The position numbers and the translations under genes are program-made. This document shows positions 9,963 through 20,455 of a DNA stretch of 64,000 nt, piece after piece. The DNA lies in contig JACKJC010000004.1 in the NCBI GenBank assembly GCA_020638195.1, forward strand, positions 413,403-477,402. Direction: 5' to 3'. The stretch comes from Methylobacteriaceae bacterium. GTDB lineage: Bacteria; Pseudomonadota; Alphaproteobacteria; Rhizobiales; Beijerinckiaceae. The notes under the pieces were generated by a model that made no database searches, had not been told where the DNA came from, and saw only the letters and a program-made list of their open reading frames with translations. Numbering within the stretch: position 1 is the first letter of the stretch; every line of letters starts with the position of its first letter.

Positions 9963-10098
9963 CTGTCATCCCGGCCGAAGCAACGCAGACAAGTTTACGC
10001 AGCCTGCGTAGACTTGCCTGTGTTGCGCAGAGCCGGAACCCAGAGGCCTCGCCCCAAAGCTGGATCCCGGATCGGCCTTCGGCCGTCCGGGATGACAG
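9963..10098. repeat. MITE/REP-like element with 12-bp terminal inverted repeats
   Basis: ctgtcatcccgg ... ccgggatgacag termini, with internal hairpins (tacgcag/ctgcgta). Sits between convergent genes. Confidence 0.65.
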
Positions 10099-10104
10099 AC
10101 ATGG

Positions 10105-12420
10105 TCAGACGCCGTTGCACGCCCGCCAAAGCTTCTCCGGCGTGATCGGCATCTCGATGTCCTTCACGCCGCGCGAAGACAGCGCGTCGATCACGGCGTT
10201 GACCAGTGTCGGCGTGCCCGCGACCGTGCCGGATTCGCCGCAGCCCTTGGCGCCCAGCGGATTGGTCTTGCACGGCGCGCCGTCGAACAGCGCGACCTCG
10301 AAGGTCGGCAGATCCTCCGCGCGCGCGACCTTGTAGTCCATCAGGCTCGAGGTCAGCAGCTGACCGTCGGCGTCATAGACGGCGCCTTCATACAATGCCT
10401 GGCCGACGCCCTGCGCGATGCCGCCGTGGATCTGGCCGCGCACCAGCATCGGATTGACGGCGACGCCGACGTCGTCGAGCGTCGCATAACGCTCGATCTT
10501 CAGCGTTCCGGTATCCGGATCGATCGCGACTTCCGCGATATGCGCTCCATTCGGCCAGCTCGGTCCGTCAACGGTCGCGGTCGACCGCACCGAAAGCCTG
10601 TGTTCGAACTCGCCGCGCGCGAGATCGCCGAGCGTGATCGACCGATCCGTGCCCGCGACCGTGAACTTGCCGGCGGCATATTCGATATCGTTATGCGCGG
10701 CCTCCAGATGTTCGGCCGCTTTTTCACGCGCCTTTTCCAGGAGATCGGCGGCGCCGACCGCGACTGCCGAACCGCCGACGAACAGCGAACGCGAGCCGAC
10801 AGAGCCCATGCCCTGCGCGAGATCGGTGTCGCCCTGCACGATCTGGACCCGCGTAATCGGAATCTCGAAGGCGGCCGCGATCATCTGCGCATAGCTCGTC
10901 TCGAGCCCCTGCCCCATCGCCTGCGTCGCCGAATGGACGACGATCTCGCCCTCGGCGGTCGCATGCACGCTCACCGTCTCCTGCAGCGTATTGCCGCCGG
11001 TCCATTCGATATAGCTCGCAAGACCGCGCCCATAGAGCAGCCCTTTGGCCTCAGCTGCGGCCTTGCGCGCGGCAAACCCATCCCAGTCGGCCGCGCCCGA
11101 CGCCTTGTCGAGCAGGTCCGCGAAAGCGCCGCTGTCGTAAATCTGCCCGACCGGCGTCGTATAGGGAAACCTGTCCGGCTTGATCGCATTGATCTTGCGG
11201 ATTTCGCGCGGGTCCATCTTCAGCTGGCGCGCCGCGGAATCCATCAGCCGTTCGATGATGTAGATCGCCTCGGGACGCCCCGCGCCACGATAGGCGCCGA
11301 TCGGCGCCGTATTGGTCATGACCGCGCTGATCTCGAAACGCACCGCCGGCACGTGATAGACGCCGACCGAGACGAAGGGCGAGAGCACGAGCGGGATCAG
11401 CACGCCGACGCCCATCGGCGTCGCGCCCGTGTTGCCGAGCGATTCCGCCCGGAACGCCAGGATGCGGCCGTCCTTGTCGAACGCCAGCTCGGCCTTGGTG
11501 TGGAGGTCGCGCCCATGCGTGCCGCCGAGGAATTCCTCGATCCGGTCCGCGCGCCAGCGCACGGGCCTGCCGAGCTTGGTCGCGGCATAGGCGACCAGCG
11601 CCTCCTCGGGATAGAGATTGGTCTTCTGACCGAAGCCGCCGCCGATATCGCCGACGAGAACATGAATGCTCTCTTTCGGCCGCTTGAGCACGGCGTCGGC
11701 GAGAATGTCGCGCGTCGTCGTCGGCGTCTGCGATTGCGTGCGCAGGATCAAGCGTCCCGTGGCCTCATCGACCTGCGCGAGCGCGCTGCGCGGCTCCAGC
11801 GCGAAGGGAATGAGCCTCTGGTTCATGATCTCGACCGAGACCACATGCGCGGCGGAAGAGAAGATCCCGTCGACCGCCGCCTTGTCGCCGTAGGAATGCG
11901 CCGCCACGAAATTGTCGGGGGCGGCGGGCCAGACCTGCGGCGCGCCGGCCTTGGCGGCCTCGCGCACGTCGGTGACAGCCGGCAGGTCGTCATAATCGAT
12001 CGAAACCAGCTCGATCGCGTCATAGGCCGCTTCGCGCGTCTCCGCGATCACGGCGACGAGCGGCTCGCCGACGAAGCGCGTCGTCTCGTCGGCGAGGATG
12101 CGGCGCGGCGGCGCCGTCATGTCAGCGCCGTCCGGCCGCTTGAACAGGGGCGGCGGCGCGGGCAGCGCGCCCACCCCGTCGGCGACGAGGTCGGCGCCCG
12201 TGTAGACGGCCACGACGCCGGTGGCGACTTTCGCCTCGGACGTGTCGACCGAGACGATCCGCGCGTGCGGGCGCGGCGAGCGCAGCAGGACCATCCAAAG
12301 CGCGCCGGCCTCGCCCCGGTCGTCGATATAGCGGCCCTGGCCCGTTAGCAGGCGCTCGTCCTCGATGCGCGTGACCGATTGATGTGCGCCGAATTTCAGG
12401 TTTGCCGGAAGTACGTCCAT
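10105..12420 (-). CDS. xanthine dehydrogenase/CoxL-family molybdopterin-binding large subunit (form-II CoxL-like)
   Basis: GGGFGQK motif and an AYRGAGRPE active-site loop; about 770 aa. Start at [11 protein letters not shown] (12420). Confidence 0.85.
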   Translation of the reverse strand: MDVLPANLKFGAHQSVTRIEDERLLTGQGRYIDDRGEAGALWMVLLRSPRPHARIVSVDTSEAKVATGVVAVYTGADLVADGVGALPAPPPLFKRPDGADMTAPPRRILADETTRFVGEPLVAVIAETREAAYDAIELVSIDYDDLPAVTDVREAAKAGAPQVWPAAPDNFVAAHSYGDKAAVDGIFSSAAHVVSVEIMNQRLIPFALEPRSALAQVDEATGRLILRTQSQTPTTTRDILADAVLKRPKESIHVLVGDIGGGFGQKTNLYPEEALVAYAATKLGRPVRWRADRIEEFLGGTHGRDLHTKAELAFDKDGRILAFRAESLGNTGATPMGVGVLIPLVLSPFVSVGVYHVPAVRFEISAVMTNTAPIGAYRGAGRPEAIYIIERLMDSAARQLKMDPREIRKINAIKPDRFPYTTPVGQIYDSGAFADLLDKASGAADWDGFAARKAAAEAKGLLYGRGLASYIEWTGGNTLQETVSVHATAEGEIVVHSATQAMGQGLETSYAQMIAAAFEIPITRVQIVQGDTDLAQGMGSVGSRSLFVGGSAVAVGAADLLEKAREKAAEHLEAAHNDIEYAAGKFTVAGTDRSITLGDLARGEFEHRLSVRSTATVDGPSWPNGAHIAEVAIDPDTGTLKIERYATLDDVGVAVNPMLVRGQIHGGIAQGVGQALYEGAVYDADGQLLTSSLMDYKVARAEDLPTFEVALFDGAPCKTNPLGAKGCGESGTVAGTPTLVNAVIDALSSRGVKDIEMPITPEKLWRACNGV

Positions 12421-12599
12421 GTGGCCCTCGATGTCTCCGGTGGAATCCTGCCGGAATCGCGTCGCGCTGTCGATGCTTGACAGGAACGCGGCGGCCCGCG
12501 GGGCGAACTTGACACGGATCAAGGAAAGGCAGGCCGAAAACATGGTCGCTGGCATGCAGGCGCAACGCGTCCACGAATTGAGGCCGGGGGGCTTAGGAG

Positions 12600-13235
12600 A
12601 TGCACATGGAAGCAGCGACCGCGACGAGCATGGACGTATCCGCCAGACGGATGACCAAGCCGCCCGGCGCCTATCGCCATGGCGATCTGCGCAACGCGCT
12701 GATCGCGGCGGCGACCGAGCTGACCGTGCAGCGCGGCGGGCCGGATTTCACGCTGCGCGAGATCGCGGCCATCACCGGCGTCCGCCATGCGGCCGTCTAC
12801 CGGCATTTCGCGTCCAAGAGCGCGCTGCTCGAGGAAATCGCCCGCCTCGGCGTCGAGTCCCTGCGTACGCGGATCGAGGAGCAGAATGCGGCCTCGCCCG
12901 GCGACCGTCTTGAAGCCATCGCCCGTAGCTACCTCGATTTCGCGGTGTCGCGGCCCGGCGAATATCGCGTCATGGCGCAGGAAGGCGGCGTCTCCTGCAC
13001 GCAATACCGCGCCCTTCTGGACATGATGACCGCCCCGGTCGCGGCCGCGCAGTCCGCGGGCGCCCTGCGCAAGGACGTGCCGACGGACATGCTGGCGCGC
13101 CTGTGGTGGGCCGAATTGCATGGTCTCGCCATGCTGGCGCTCAACGCCGCGATGAAATCCACAGAGCTCGGCGATTGCGTGCGCGCCGTCTCGCGCGTCT
13201 GGCGCGCCGACGCGCCGGCGTTGAGCGCAGCCTGA
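12600..13235 (+). CDS. TetR-family transcriptional regulator
   Basis: HTH region FTLREIAAITGVRHAAVYRHFASK. Divergent from the CoxL-like gene. Confidence 0.8.
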   Translation: MHMEAATATSMDVSARRMTKPPGAYRHGDLRNALIAAATELTVQRGGPDFTLREIAAITGVRHAAVYRHFASKSALLEEIARLGVESLRTRIEEQNAASPGDRLEAIARSYLDFAVSRPGEYRVMAQEGGVSCTQYRALLDMMTAPVAAAQSAGALRKDVPTDMLARLWWAELHGLAMLALNAAMKSTELGDCVRAVSRVWRADAPALSAA

Positions 13236-13248
13236 ACCTGTCGGTCGG

Positions 13249-14133
13249 CTAAGCGCCGACCCCGTGCAGGAACGCCGCCGCCTCGTCCATGGCGTGGCGC
13301 GCTTCGGGCGTCCATCTGTTGGCGAAGACGAAGACGTGGGGCATGTCATGCGCCACGCAAGTCTTCGTCACGACGCCCGCTTCCTGCGCCCGCTCCGCCG
13401 CGCGCAAGGAATCGTCGAGAAGGATTTCCGTGTCGCCGACAGAGAACAGGATCGGCGGCAAGCCTGTGTAATCGCCATAGAGCGGCGAAGCCAGCGGATT
13501 GCGCGCATCGGCTCCGCCGAGATAGGCGTGCACGATCGTCTCGATACCGTCGGACACCAGCAGCGGATCGCGCTCGGCGTTGCTCTGCATCGTTCCGCCG
13601 GTGATTGCGAGATCGGTCCAGGGCGAAAAGGCGATCGCCGCGTCCGGCAGCGGCAGCCCCCTGTCGCGAAGGTTAAGCAGGAGCGCGAGCGTGAGCCCGC
13701 CGCCCGCCGAATCGCCGGCGACATAGGCGGGGCCTTGCGCCGCTGCGCGTAACGCCGTCCAGGCGGCGGTGGCGTCATCGAGAGCGGCTGGAAAAACGTG
13801 CTCGGGCGCAAGCCGATAGTCGACGGCAAAGACGCGAAAACCGCGTCGCGCGAACGCTCCGGTGATGGCGCGGTGCGTGCGCGGCGACATGCCGACATAG
13901 CCGCCGCCGTGCAGATAGAGCAGCGTTCCCGTCGCAGGCGTCGCGGCGGCCTCCACCCATTCGCCAGGGACACCGCCCAGTGTCGCGGGCGTGAAGGTCA
14001 CGCCGCGCGGCGGAAAGGACCGCGCCGAATTGAAGACCCGCCGGACGTCGTGCGGCGTCTTCGACTTGGCCAGACCGCGTTTGACGGTGTGACGCAGTGC
14101 GAAATTGATCAGATGGGCGCGCAGGCTGGTCAT
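13249..14133 (-). CDS. alpha/beta hydrolase, hormone-sensitive-lipase-type esterase
   Basis: LHGGGY oxyanion motif and a GDSAGG nucleophile elbow. Confidence 0.8.
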   Translation of the reverse strand: MTSLRAHLINFALRHTVKRGLAKSKTPHDVRRVFNSARSFPPRGVTFTPATLGGVPGEWVEAAATPATGTLLYLHGGGYVGMSPRTHRAITGAFARRGFRVFAVDYRLAPEHVFPAALDDATAAWTALRAAAQGPAYVAGDSAGGGLTLALLLNLRDRGLPLPDAAIAFSPWTDLAITGGTMQSNAERDPLLVSDGIETIVHAYLGGADARNPLASPLYGDYTGLPPILFSVGDTEILLDDSLRAAERAQEAGVVTKTCVAHDMPHVFVFANRWTPEARHAMDEAAAFLHGVGA

Positions 14134-14140
14134 GTCGTGC

Positions 14141-14965
14141 TCATTTCATCGCGCGTTCGATGCCGCGCTTCATGATCTTCCAGTAGGTTCCGGGCATCAG
14201 ACGCTGCAGGATGTCGCCGCGCCTCGCATCCGGCCCGATCAGCACGCGCGGCGTCTTGCGGTCGACGCCATCCAGAATCGTTCGCGCCGCGATCGCAGGG
14301 TCCGTCGTCAGGAACGCGTTGAATTTCTGCATCTGTTCCTGCAACTCCGTCGAATTCACGCCCGCGGGAATGCGCGCCGACAACGCGATCGAGGTTCGGA
14401 TGCCGCCGGGATGGACGACCGTGACGCCGATATTCGTGTCCCACAATTCATGTCGCAGTGATTCCGAGAAGCCGCGCAGTCCGAATTTGGCGGCGCAATA
14501 GGCGGTCTGGCCGGGCGGCGCGACGAGGCCGAACAGACTCGAAATATTCACGATATGCGCTGACGGGCGCGCCTTCAGCGCCGGCAGGAACGCCTTGCAC
14601 ATCCGCACCGGGCCGTAAAAGTTGATGTTCATCAGCCATTCGAAATCGTCGAGCCCGATCTGCTCGAACGTGCCCGCCAGCGCGACGCCGGCATTGTTGA
14701 CGAGCAAATCGACCTTGCCATGTCGCTCGATCACGACATCCGGCAGCGCGGCGACGGCCGCCGCGTCGGACATGTCGAACATGTGCTCGCTGACCTCCGC
14801 GCCGACGGCCCGGCAGGCTTCGCAGCTTTTCGCGAGCGTCTCGGGATTGCGGTCCGTCAGCGCGAGCCGCGCGCCGCGTTTCGCGAGTTCTAGCGCGAGC
14901 GCCTGCCCGAGCCCGCCGCCCGCGCCGGTGACCACCGCGACCGCGTCTCTGAACGGAAATGCCAT
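14141..14965 (-). CDS. SDR-family oxidoreductase
   Basis: VVTGAGGGLGQA, NNAG, YCAAK. Confidence 0.85.
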   Translation of the reverse strand: MAFPFRDAVAVVTGAGGGLGQALALELAKRGARLALTDRNPETLAKSCEACRAVGAEVSEHMFDMSDAAAVAALPDVVIERHGKVDLLVNNAGVALAGTFEQIGLDDFEWLMNINFYGPVRMCKAFLPALKARPSAHIVNISSLFGLVAPPGQTAYCAAKFGLRGFSESLRHELWDTNIGVTVVHPGGIRTSIALSARIPAGVNSTELQEQMQKFNAFLTTDPAIAARTILDGVDRKTPRVLIGPDARRGDILQRLMPGTYWKIMKRGIERAMK

Positions 14966-15119
14966 GCCGCGCCTCGCTTTTCTGGAGGCGCATCGTTATC
15001 CGCGCCCTTTGGGCGGCGCAACCCAATCCGCACGAGGCGGCGCTTGGCAGGCATGTGCGGCGGCGTCTTGCGGGCGCCAGCGCCGCGTGGTCCAATCCTC
15101 GCCCTTCCGGAGCCCCGCC

Positions 15120-15890
15120 TTGGACCTGCCGCACAATTCCTTCAAGCACGCCATCGCCGCCGGCCGCCAGCAGATCGGCCTGTGGTGTTCGCTCGCCAGC
15201 CATGTTTCGGTCGAGATCGTCGCGGGCTCCGGCTTCGACTGGTTGCTGCTCGACACCGAACATTCGCCGAACGAAATTCCGCAGGTCCTGTGTCAGCTGC
15301 AGGCGGCGATGGAGCACAAGGTCCATCCGATCGTGCGCCCCGCCTGGAACGACATGGTGCTGATCAAGCGTTTCCTCGACATGGGCGTGCAGACGCTGCT
15401 GCTGCCCGTGGTCAATACGGCGGAGGAAGCCGCCGCCGCTGTGGCGGCGACGCGCTACCCGCCGCGCGGCGTGCGCGGCTTTTCCGGTTCGTCGCGCTCG
15501 TCGCGCTTCGGCCGCGTCAAGGATTATCACACGCGCTGCGAGGACGAGATCTGCGTGCTCGTGCAGGTGGAAACGCAGAAGGGCCTCGACAATCTCGACG
15601 CGATCGTCGCGACCGAGGGCGTCGACGGCGTCTTCATCGGCCCCGGCGATCTTTCCGCCGCCATCGGCTATGTGGGCGACCAGAACAATCCGGCTGTTGT
15701 CGAAAGGATCGTCGACATGATCGGCCGCATCCGCAGGGGCGGCAAGGCGGCCGGCATTCTCACGCCTGACGAGGGCCTCGCGCGGCGCTATATCGAGGCC
15801 GGCACGACATTCACCGCCGTCGGCTCCGATCTCGGCCTGCTCGCGCGCCAGTCGGAAGCGCTTGCGCGGCGGTTCAAGAGCGGGGTTTGA
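15120..15890 (+). CDS. HpcH/HpaI-family aldolase (2-keto-3-deoxy-acid aldolase)
   Basis: NSFKHAIAAGRQQIGLW...GFDWLLLDTEHSPNE...RPAWND matches the HpaI N-terminus. TTG start at 15120 with GGAG upstream. The long 14622 ORF extension is not aldolase-like and would overlap the divergent SDR. Start uncertain (GTG at 15087 is an alternative). Confidence 0.75.
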   Translation: MDLPHNSFKHAIAAGRQQIGLWCSLASHVSVEIVAGSGFDWLLLDTEHSPNEIPQVLCQLQAAMEHKVHPIVRPAWNDMVLIKRFLDMGVQTLLLPVVNTAEEAAAAVAATRYPPRGVRGFSGSSRSSRFGRVKDYHTRCEDEICVLVQVETQKGLDNLDAIVATEGVDGVFIGPGDLSAAIGYVGDQNNPAVVERIVDMIGRIRRGGKAAGILTPDEGLARRYIEAGTTFTAVGSDLGLLARQSEALARRFKSGV

Positions 15891-17320
15891 GAGTGAACGC
15901 GCATTCTGATCCGTCGGCGGGCGATGTGCTCGACGAAATCGGCGCAATCGTCGGCGCCGCCAACGTCGTCACCGACGCCTTCGCCATGCAGCCCTATCTC
16001 GTGGAGGAGCGGGGCCTCTATCGCGGCGCGGCGCAAGCCATCGTGCGTCCCGGCTCCGTCGAGGAAATCTCGCGTCTGCTCGCCTTCTGCAATGCGCGTG
16101 GCGTGAAGATCGTGCCGCAGGGCGGCAATACCGGCCTCGTCGGCGGACAGGTGCCCTCGATGGCAGGCGACGAAATCGTGCTGTCGCTGCGACGTCTCAA
16201 TGCAGTGCGCGAGATCGACGCCACCGCCAACACGCTGACGGTCGACGCCGGCATAACCCTGCAGAATGCTCAAGCTACCGCCGACAAGGTCGATCGCCTG
16301 TTCCCACTGTCGCTGCCGTCGGAAGGCTCATGCACGATTGGCGGCAATCTTTCGACCAACGCAGGTGGCGTCGCCGCGCTCGCCTATGGCGTGGCGCGCG
16401 ATCTCGTCATGGGTCTCGAAGTCGTCCTCGCCGACGGGCGCGTCATGAGCGACCTCTGCAAGGTCAAGAAGAACAACACAGGCTACGATCTGAAGAACCT
16501 TTTCATCGGCGCCGAAGGCACGCTGGGCGTCATCACTGGCGCCGTTCTGAAACTCTTTCCGAGGCCGCGCGCGCGCGCCACCGGCTTCGTCGGACTCGCC
16601 TCGCCCGAGGCCGCGCTCGGCCTTCTCGGCGTCGCGCTGTCGCGCGCCGGCGCCGATGTGAAGAGCTTCGAGCTCATACCCCGGATCGGCATCGACTTCG
16701 TGCTGAAGCACGGGGCCGACGTACGCGACCCCCTGACGGAAAAGCACCCCTGGTACGTGCTGATCGAACTCGCTTCGCAGACCGATGCGGCGCTCGATGA
16801 AGAGCTGGAAAATCTTCTGGGCGAGGCCATCGAACAGGGCTTCGTCGACGACGCAGCCATCGCCGCATCGCTCGTCCAGCGCAACGACTTTTGGCGCCTG
16901 CGCGAACTGATGTCGGAAGTGCAGAAGCACGAGGGCGGCTCGATCAAGCACGACGTCTCCGTGCCGATCTCGGCGGCGCCCGCATTCCTTGCCGATGTCG
17001 CCCGCGACGTTCCCGCCGCCGTCCCCGGCGCGCGCATGGTCGCCTTCGGCCATCTCGGCGATGGCAATATCCACTGCAACATTTCGCAGCCCGTCGGCGC
17101 CGACAAGGAGGCTTTCATGGCGCGATGGGACGAAGTCCACGACATCGTCCACGGCCTCGTGCGCAAGTACGCCGGTTCCATTTCCGCCGAGCACGGGATC
17201 GGCGTCCAGAAACGCGACGAACTTCCGCACGTGAAGGACAAGGTTGCGATGGAGTTGATGCGCACGATCAAGCAGACGCTCGATCCGAACGGGATTCTCA
17301 ATCCGGGGAAGGTGCTGTAG
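15887..17320 (+). CDS. FAD-linked oxidase (GlcD / D-2-hydroxyacid dehydrogenase family)
   Basis: FAD-binding PCMH region (VPQGGNTGLVGG), a C-terminal EHGIG motif and LDPNGILNPGK. The TTG start overlaps the aldolase stop (TTGA). Confidence 0.85.
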   Translation: MRVNAHSDPSAGDVLDEIGAIVGAANVVTDAFAMQPYLVEERGLYRGAAQAIVRPGSVEEISRLLAFCNARGVKIVPQGGNTGLVGGQVPSMAGDEIVLSLRRLNAVREIDATANTLTVDAGITLQNAQATADKVDRLFPLSLPSEGSCTIGGNLSTNAGGVAALAYGVARDLVMGLEVVLADGRVMSDLCKVKKNNTGYDLKNLFIGAEGTLGVITGAVLKLFPRPRARATGFVGLASPEAALGLLGVALSRAGADVKSFELIPRIGIDFVLKHGADVRDPLTEKHPWYVLIELASQTDAALDEELENLLGEAIEQGFVDDAAIAASLVQRNDFWRLRELMSEVQKHEGGSIKHDVSVPISAAPAFLADVARDVPAAVPGARMVAFGHLGDGNIHCNISQPVGADKEAFMARWDEVHDIVHGLVRKYAGSISAEHGIGVQKRDELPHVKDKVAMELMRTIKQTLDPNGILNPGKVL

Positions 17321-17338
17321 GCGCCGACCACGACAAAG

Positions 17339-17428
17339 CTGCCATCCCCGTAAAAGCAGGGATCCAGCGCTACGATCATGACGAAACTCTGGACCCCGAT
17401 CTCCGCTTCGCGGCGTCGGGGATGACAG
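17339..17428. repeat. MITE/REP-like element, same terminal repeat family as 9963-10098
   Basis: ctgccatccccg ... cggggatgacag termini. Confidence 0.6.
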
Positions 17429-17450
17429 CAAGAACCACGGGAGCAAATCA

Positions 17451-18257
17451 ATGAAAGACCGCGTTTCCATCGAGCTGAAAGACGGCGTCGCCGACGTCAG
17501 GCTCATCCGCGCCGACAAGATGAATGCGCTGGACGAGGCCATGTTCGACGGCCTCGTCGAGGCAGGCGACAAACTGATGAACATGAAGGGTCTTCGCGCG
17601 GTGGTTTTATCAGGAGAGGGCCGCGCCTTCTGCGCCGGTCTCGACATGGGCCGGTTCGAGGCGATGAAGACGCAGGGCGCCGCGCTCCAGGGCACACGCG
17701 ACCTGCGCGCGCGCTCGCACGGCCCCGCCAACAAGCCGCAATGGGCCGCCTGGGTCTGGCGCGAACTGCCCGTGCCCGTCATCGCCGCCGTCCACGGCGT
17801 CGCGCTCGGCGGCGGCTTCCAGCTCGCGCTCGGAGCCGACATGCGCTACGCGACCCCGGACTGCAAGATGTCGATCCTGGAAATCCGCTGGGGCCTCGTG
17901 CCGGATGTCGCGGGCACGCAGATCATGCGCCATCTCGCGCGCGAGGACGTGGTCCGCGAACTCACCTACACCGGCCGCATTTTTACTGGCGAGGAAGCGT
18001 TCGGTTACGGATTCGTCACCCGCGTCACCGCCGACCCCTATGCGGCGGCGATGGAGACCGCCCGCGAGATCGCGGGCAAGAACCCCCACGCCATCCGCGC
18101 CGCCAAGCGCCTGCTCAATCTGGCGGTCACGACCGACGTCGAGACCGGGCTCACGGCCGAATCCGTCGAGCAATTCGCGCTGATCGGCAGCCCCAACCAG
18201 ATCGAGGCGGTCAAGGCCCAGATGGAGAAGCGCGCCCCGAATTTCGCGGAGCCGTAG
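17451..18257 (+). CDS. enoyl-CoA hydratase/isomerase (crotonase) family protein
   Basis: RADKMNALD...LSGEGRAFCAGLD...GVALGGG. Confidence 0.85.
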   Translation: MKDRVSIELKDGVADVRLIRADKMNALDEAMFDGLVEAGDKLMNMKGLRAVVLSGEGRAFCAGLDMGRFEAMKTQGAALQGTRDLRARSHGPANKPQWAAWVWRELPVPVIAAVHGVALGGGFQLALGADMRYATPDCKMSILEIRWGLVPDVAGTQIMRHLAREDVVRELTYTGRIFTGEEAFGYGFVTRVTADPYAAAMETAREIAGKNPHAIRAAKRLLNLAVTTDVETGLTAESVEQFALIGSPNQIEAVKAQMEKRAPNFAEP

Positions 18258-18473
18258 GACAAAAGCCGGGACCGCCGCCCTCCGGCCGGCCGCCCGCGCC
18301 CATTTTGCCGGCTGGAAGCCGGCGGTCCCGGCTTCCCCCAAAACTTGCCTACCTCAGCCCGCTTTTGCTATTGCGGCGCATCTCCCGGCCGCCCCCTTCC
18401 GGCGGCCGGACCCGTTTTGTCGCGCGCTCTCCCGCCGCGCGGCCGACCCAAGGGCGGAAACGCCCGGTTTTGA

Positions 18474-19469
<996 letters not shown>

Positions 19470-19482
19470 TCGAGCATCGGCG

Positions 19483-20445
19483 ATGTCGGTTCGCTACAAA
19501 CGCATCCTGTTGACCGGCGGCACCGGCTTCGTCGGTGGATATCTCGCGCCTGCGATCGCGGCCGCCTGGCCGGGCGCTGAACGCGTGCTGCTGCGTCGCC
19601 CCGGCGAAACGGTGCTGCGCGACGGCTGGCGCCCGCTCGACGCGGAAGTGACCGACAGCGCCGCCATCGGCCGCATCGTCGCTGACCTGAAGCCCGATCT
19701 CGTGCTGCATCTGGCCGCGCAGGCCGCGATCGGCGCGACCGCCGAAATGGCGGAAGCAACATGGCGCGTGAATTTCGGCGGCACGCTCGAACTCGCGCAC
19801 GCCTGCCAGCGGGCCTGCCCCGACACAACCTTCTTCTTCGTGAGTTCATCGGAAGTCTACGGCTGGAGTTTCCGTGACGGCGTCGCCAACGAAGACACCT
19901 GGCTGCGTCCGATGAACGCTTATGCGCGCGCCAAGGCCGCCGCCGAATCCATGCTGCCGGACGTTCTGCCGCAGGCGCGTCTCATCATCGCGCGACCATT
20001 CAACCACACCGGCCCCGGCCAGGACGTCCGCTTCGTCCTGCCCTCGCTCGCGCAGCAGATCGCCGATGTCGAGGCCGGCCGCAGGCCGCCGCGCCTCGAA
20101 CTCGGCAATCTCGAGGCGAGCCGCGATTTTCTCGACGTTCGCGACGTCTGCGCCGCCTATATCGCTATGCTGCAAAGCCCTGCAGGGCCGGCCGAACGCA
20201 GCGTCTTCAATGTCGCTTCCGGCGGTTCCTGGAAGATCGCCGATCTCGTCGAGAAGTTTCGCGCCCATGCGCGGACGCCTTTCGAAGTGACAGTAGACCC
20301 AAAGCGCCTGCGCCCGAGCGACGTGCCGATGGCGGTTGGTTCCGCGCAGCGTCTGCAGGAGGCCACCGGCTGGAAACCGACCATCGGCATAGACGCGATC
20401 GTCGAGTCGCTGCTCGCGCATTGGCGCGCGGCCGGCGGCGCGTGA
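19483..20445 (+). CDS. rmd: GDP-4-dehydro-6-deoxy-D-mannose reductase (Rmd-like, GDP-D-rhamnose forming)
   Basis: LLTGGTGFVG, ARPFNHTGPGQ, SRDFLDVRDV and TGWKP closely resemble my recollection of Pseudomonas Rmd. Immediately downstream of gmd. Confidence 0.75.
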   Translation: MSVRYKRILLTGGTGFVGGYLAPAIAAAWPGAERVLLRRPGETVLRDGWRPLDAEVTDSAAIGRIVADLKPDLVLHLAAQAAIGATAEMAEATWRVNFGGTLELAHACQRACPDTTFFFVSSSEVYGWSFRDGVANEDTWLRPMNAYARAKAAAESMLPDVLPQARLIIARPFNHTGPGQDVRFVLPSLAQQIADVEAGRRPPRLELGNLEASRDFLDVRDVCAAYIAMLQSPAGPAERSVFNVASGGSWKIADLVEKFRAHARTPFEVTVDPKRLRPSDVPMAVGSAQRLQEATGWKPTIGIDAIVESLLAHWRAAGGA

Positions 20446-20455
20446 GGAGAGCGCG

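Noticed and set aside
10426-12348. 640-aa plus-strand ORF.
   Set aside because: It is antisense to the CoxL-like molybdo-enzyme gene (GGGFGQK motif). Its sequence is low-complexity and R/D/G-rich.
14622-15119. N-terminal 166-aa extension of the aldolase ORF.
   Set aside because: The extension is antisense to the SDR gene at 14141-14965 and has no aldolase similarity. HpaI homology begins at LDLPHNSFK, where a TTG with a GGAG upstream is available.
14448-15947. 499-aa minus-strand ORF, and the 16328-17842 504-aa minus-strand ORF.
   Set aside because: Both are antisense to well-supported genes (SDR, HpaI aldolase, FAD oxidase, crotonase) and lack any motif. They are typical GC-rich shadow frames.
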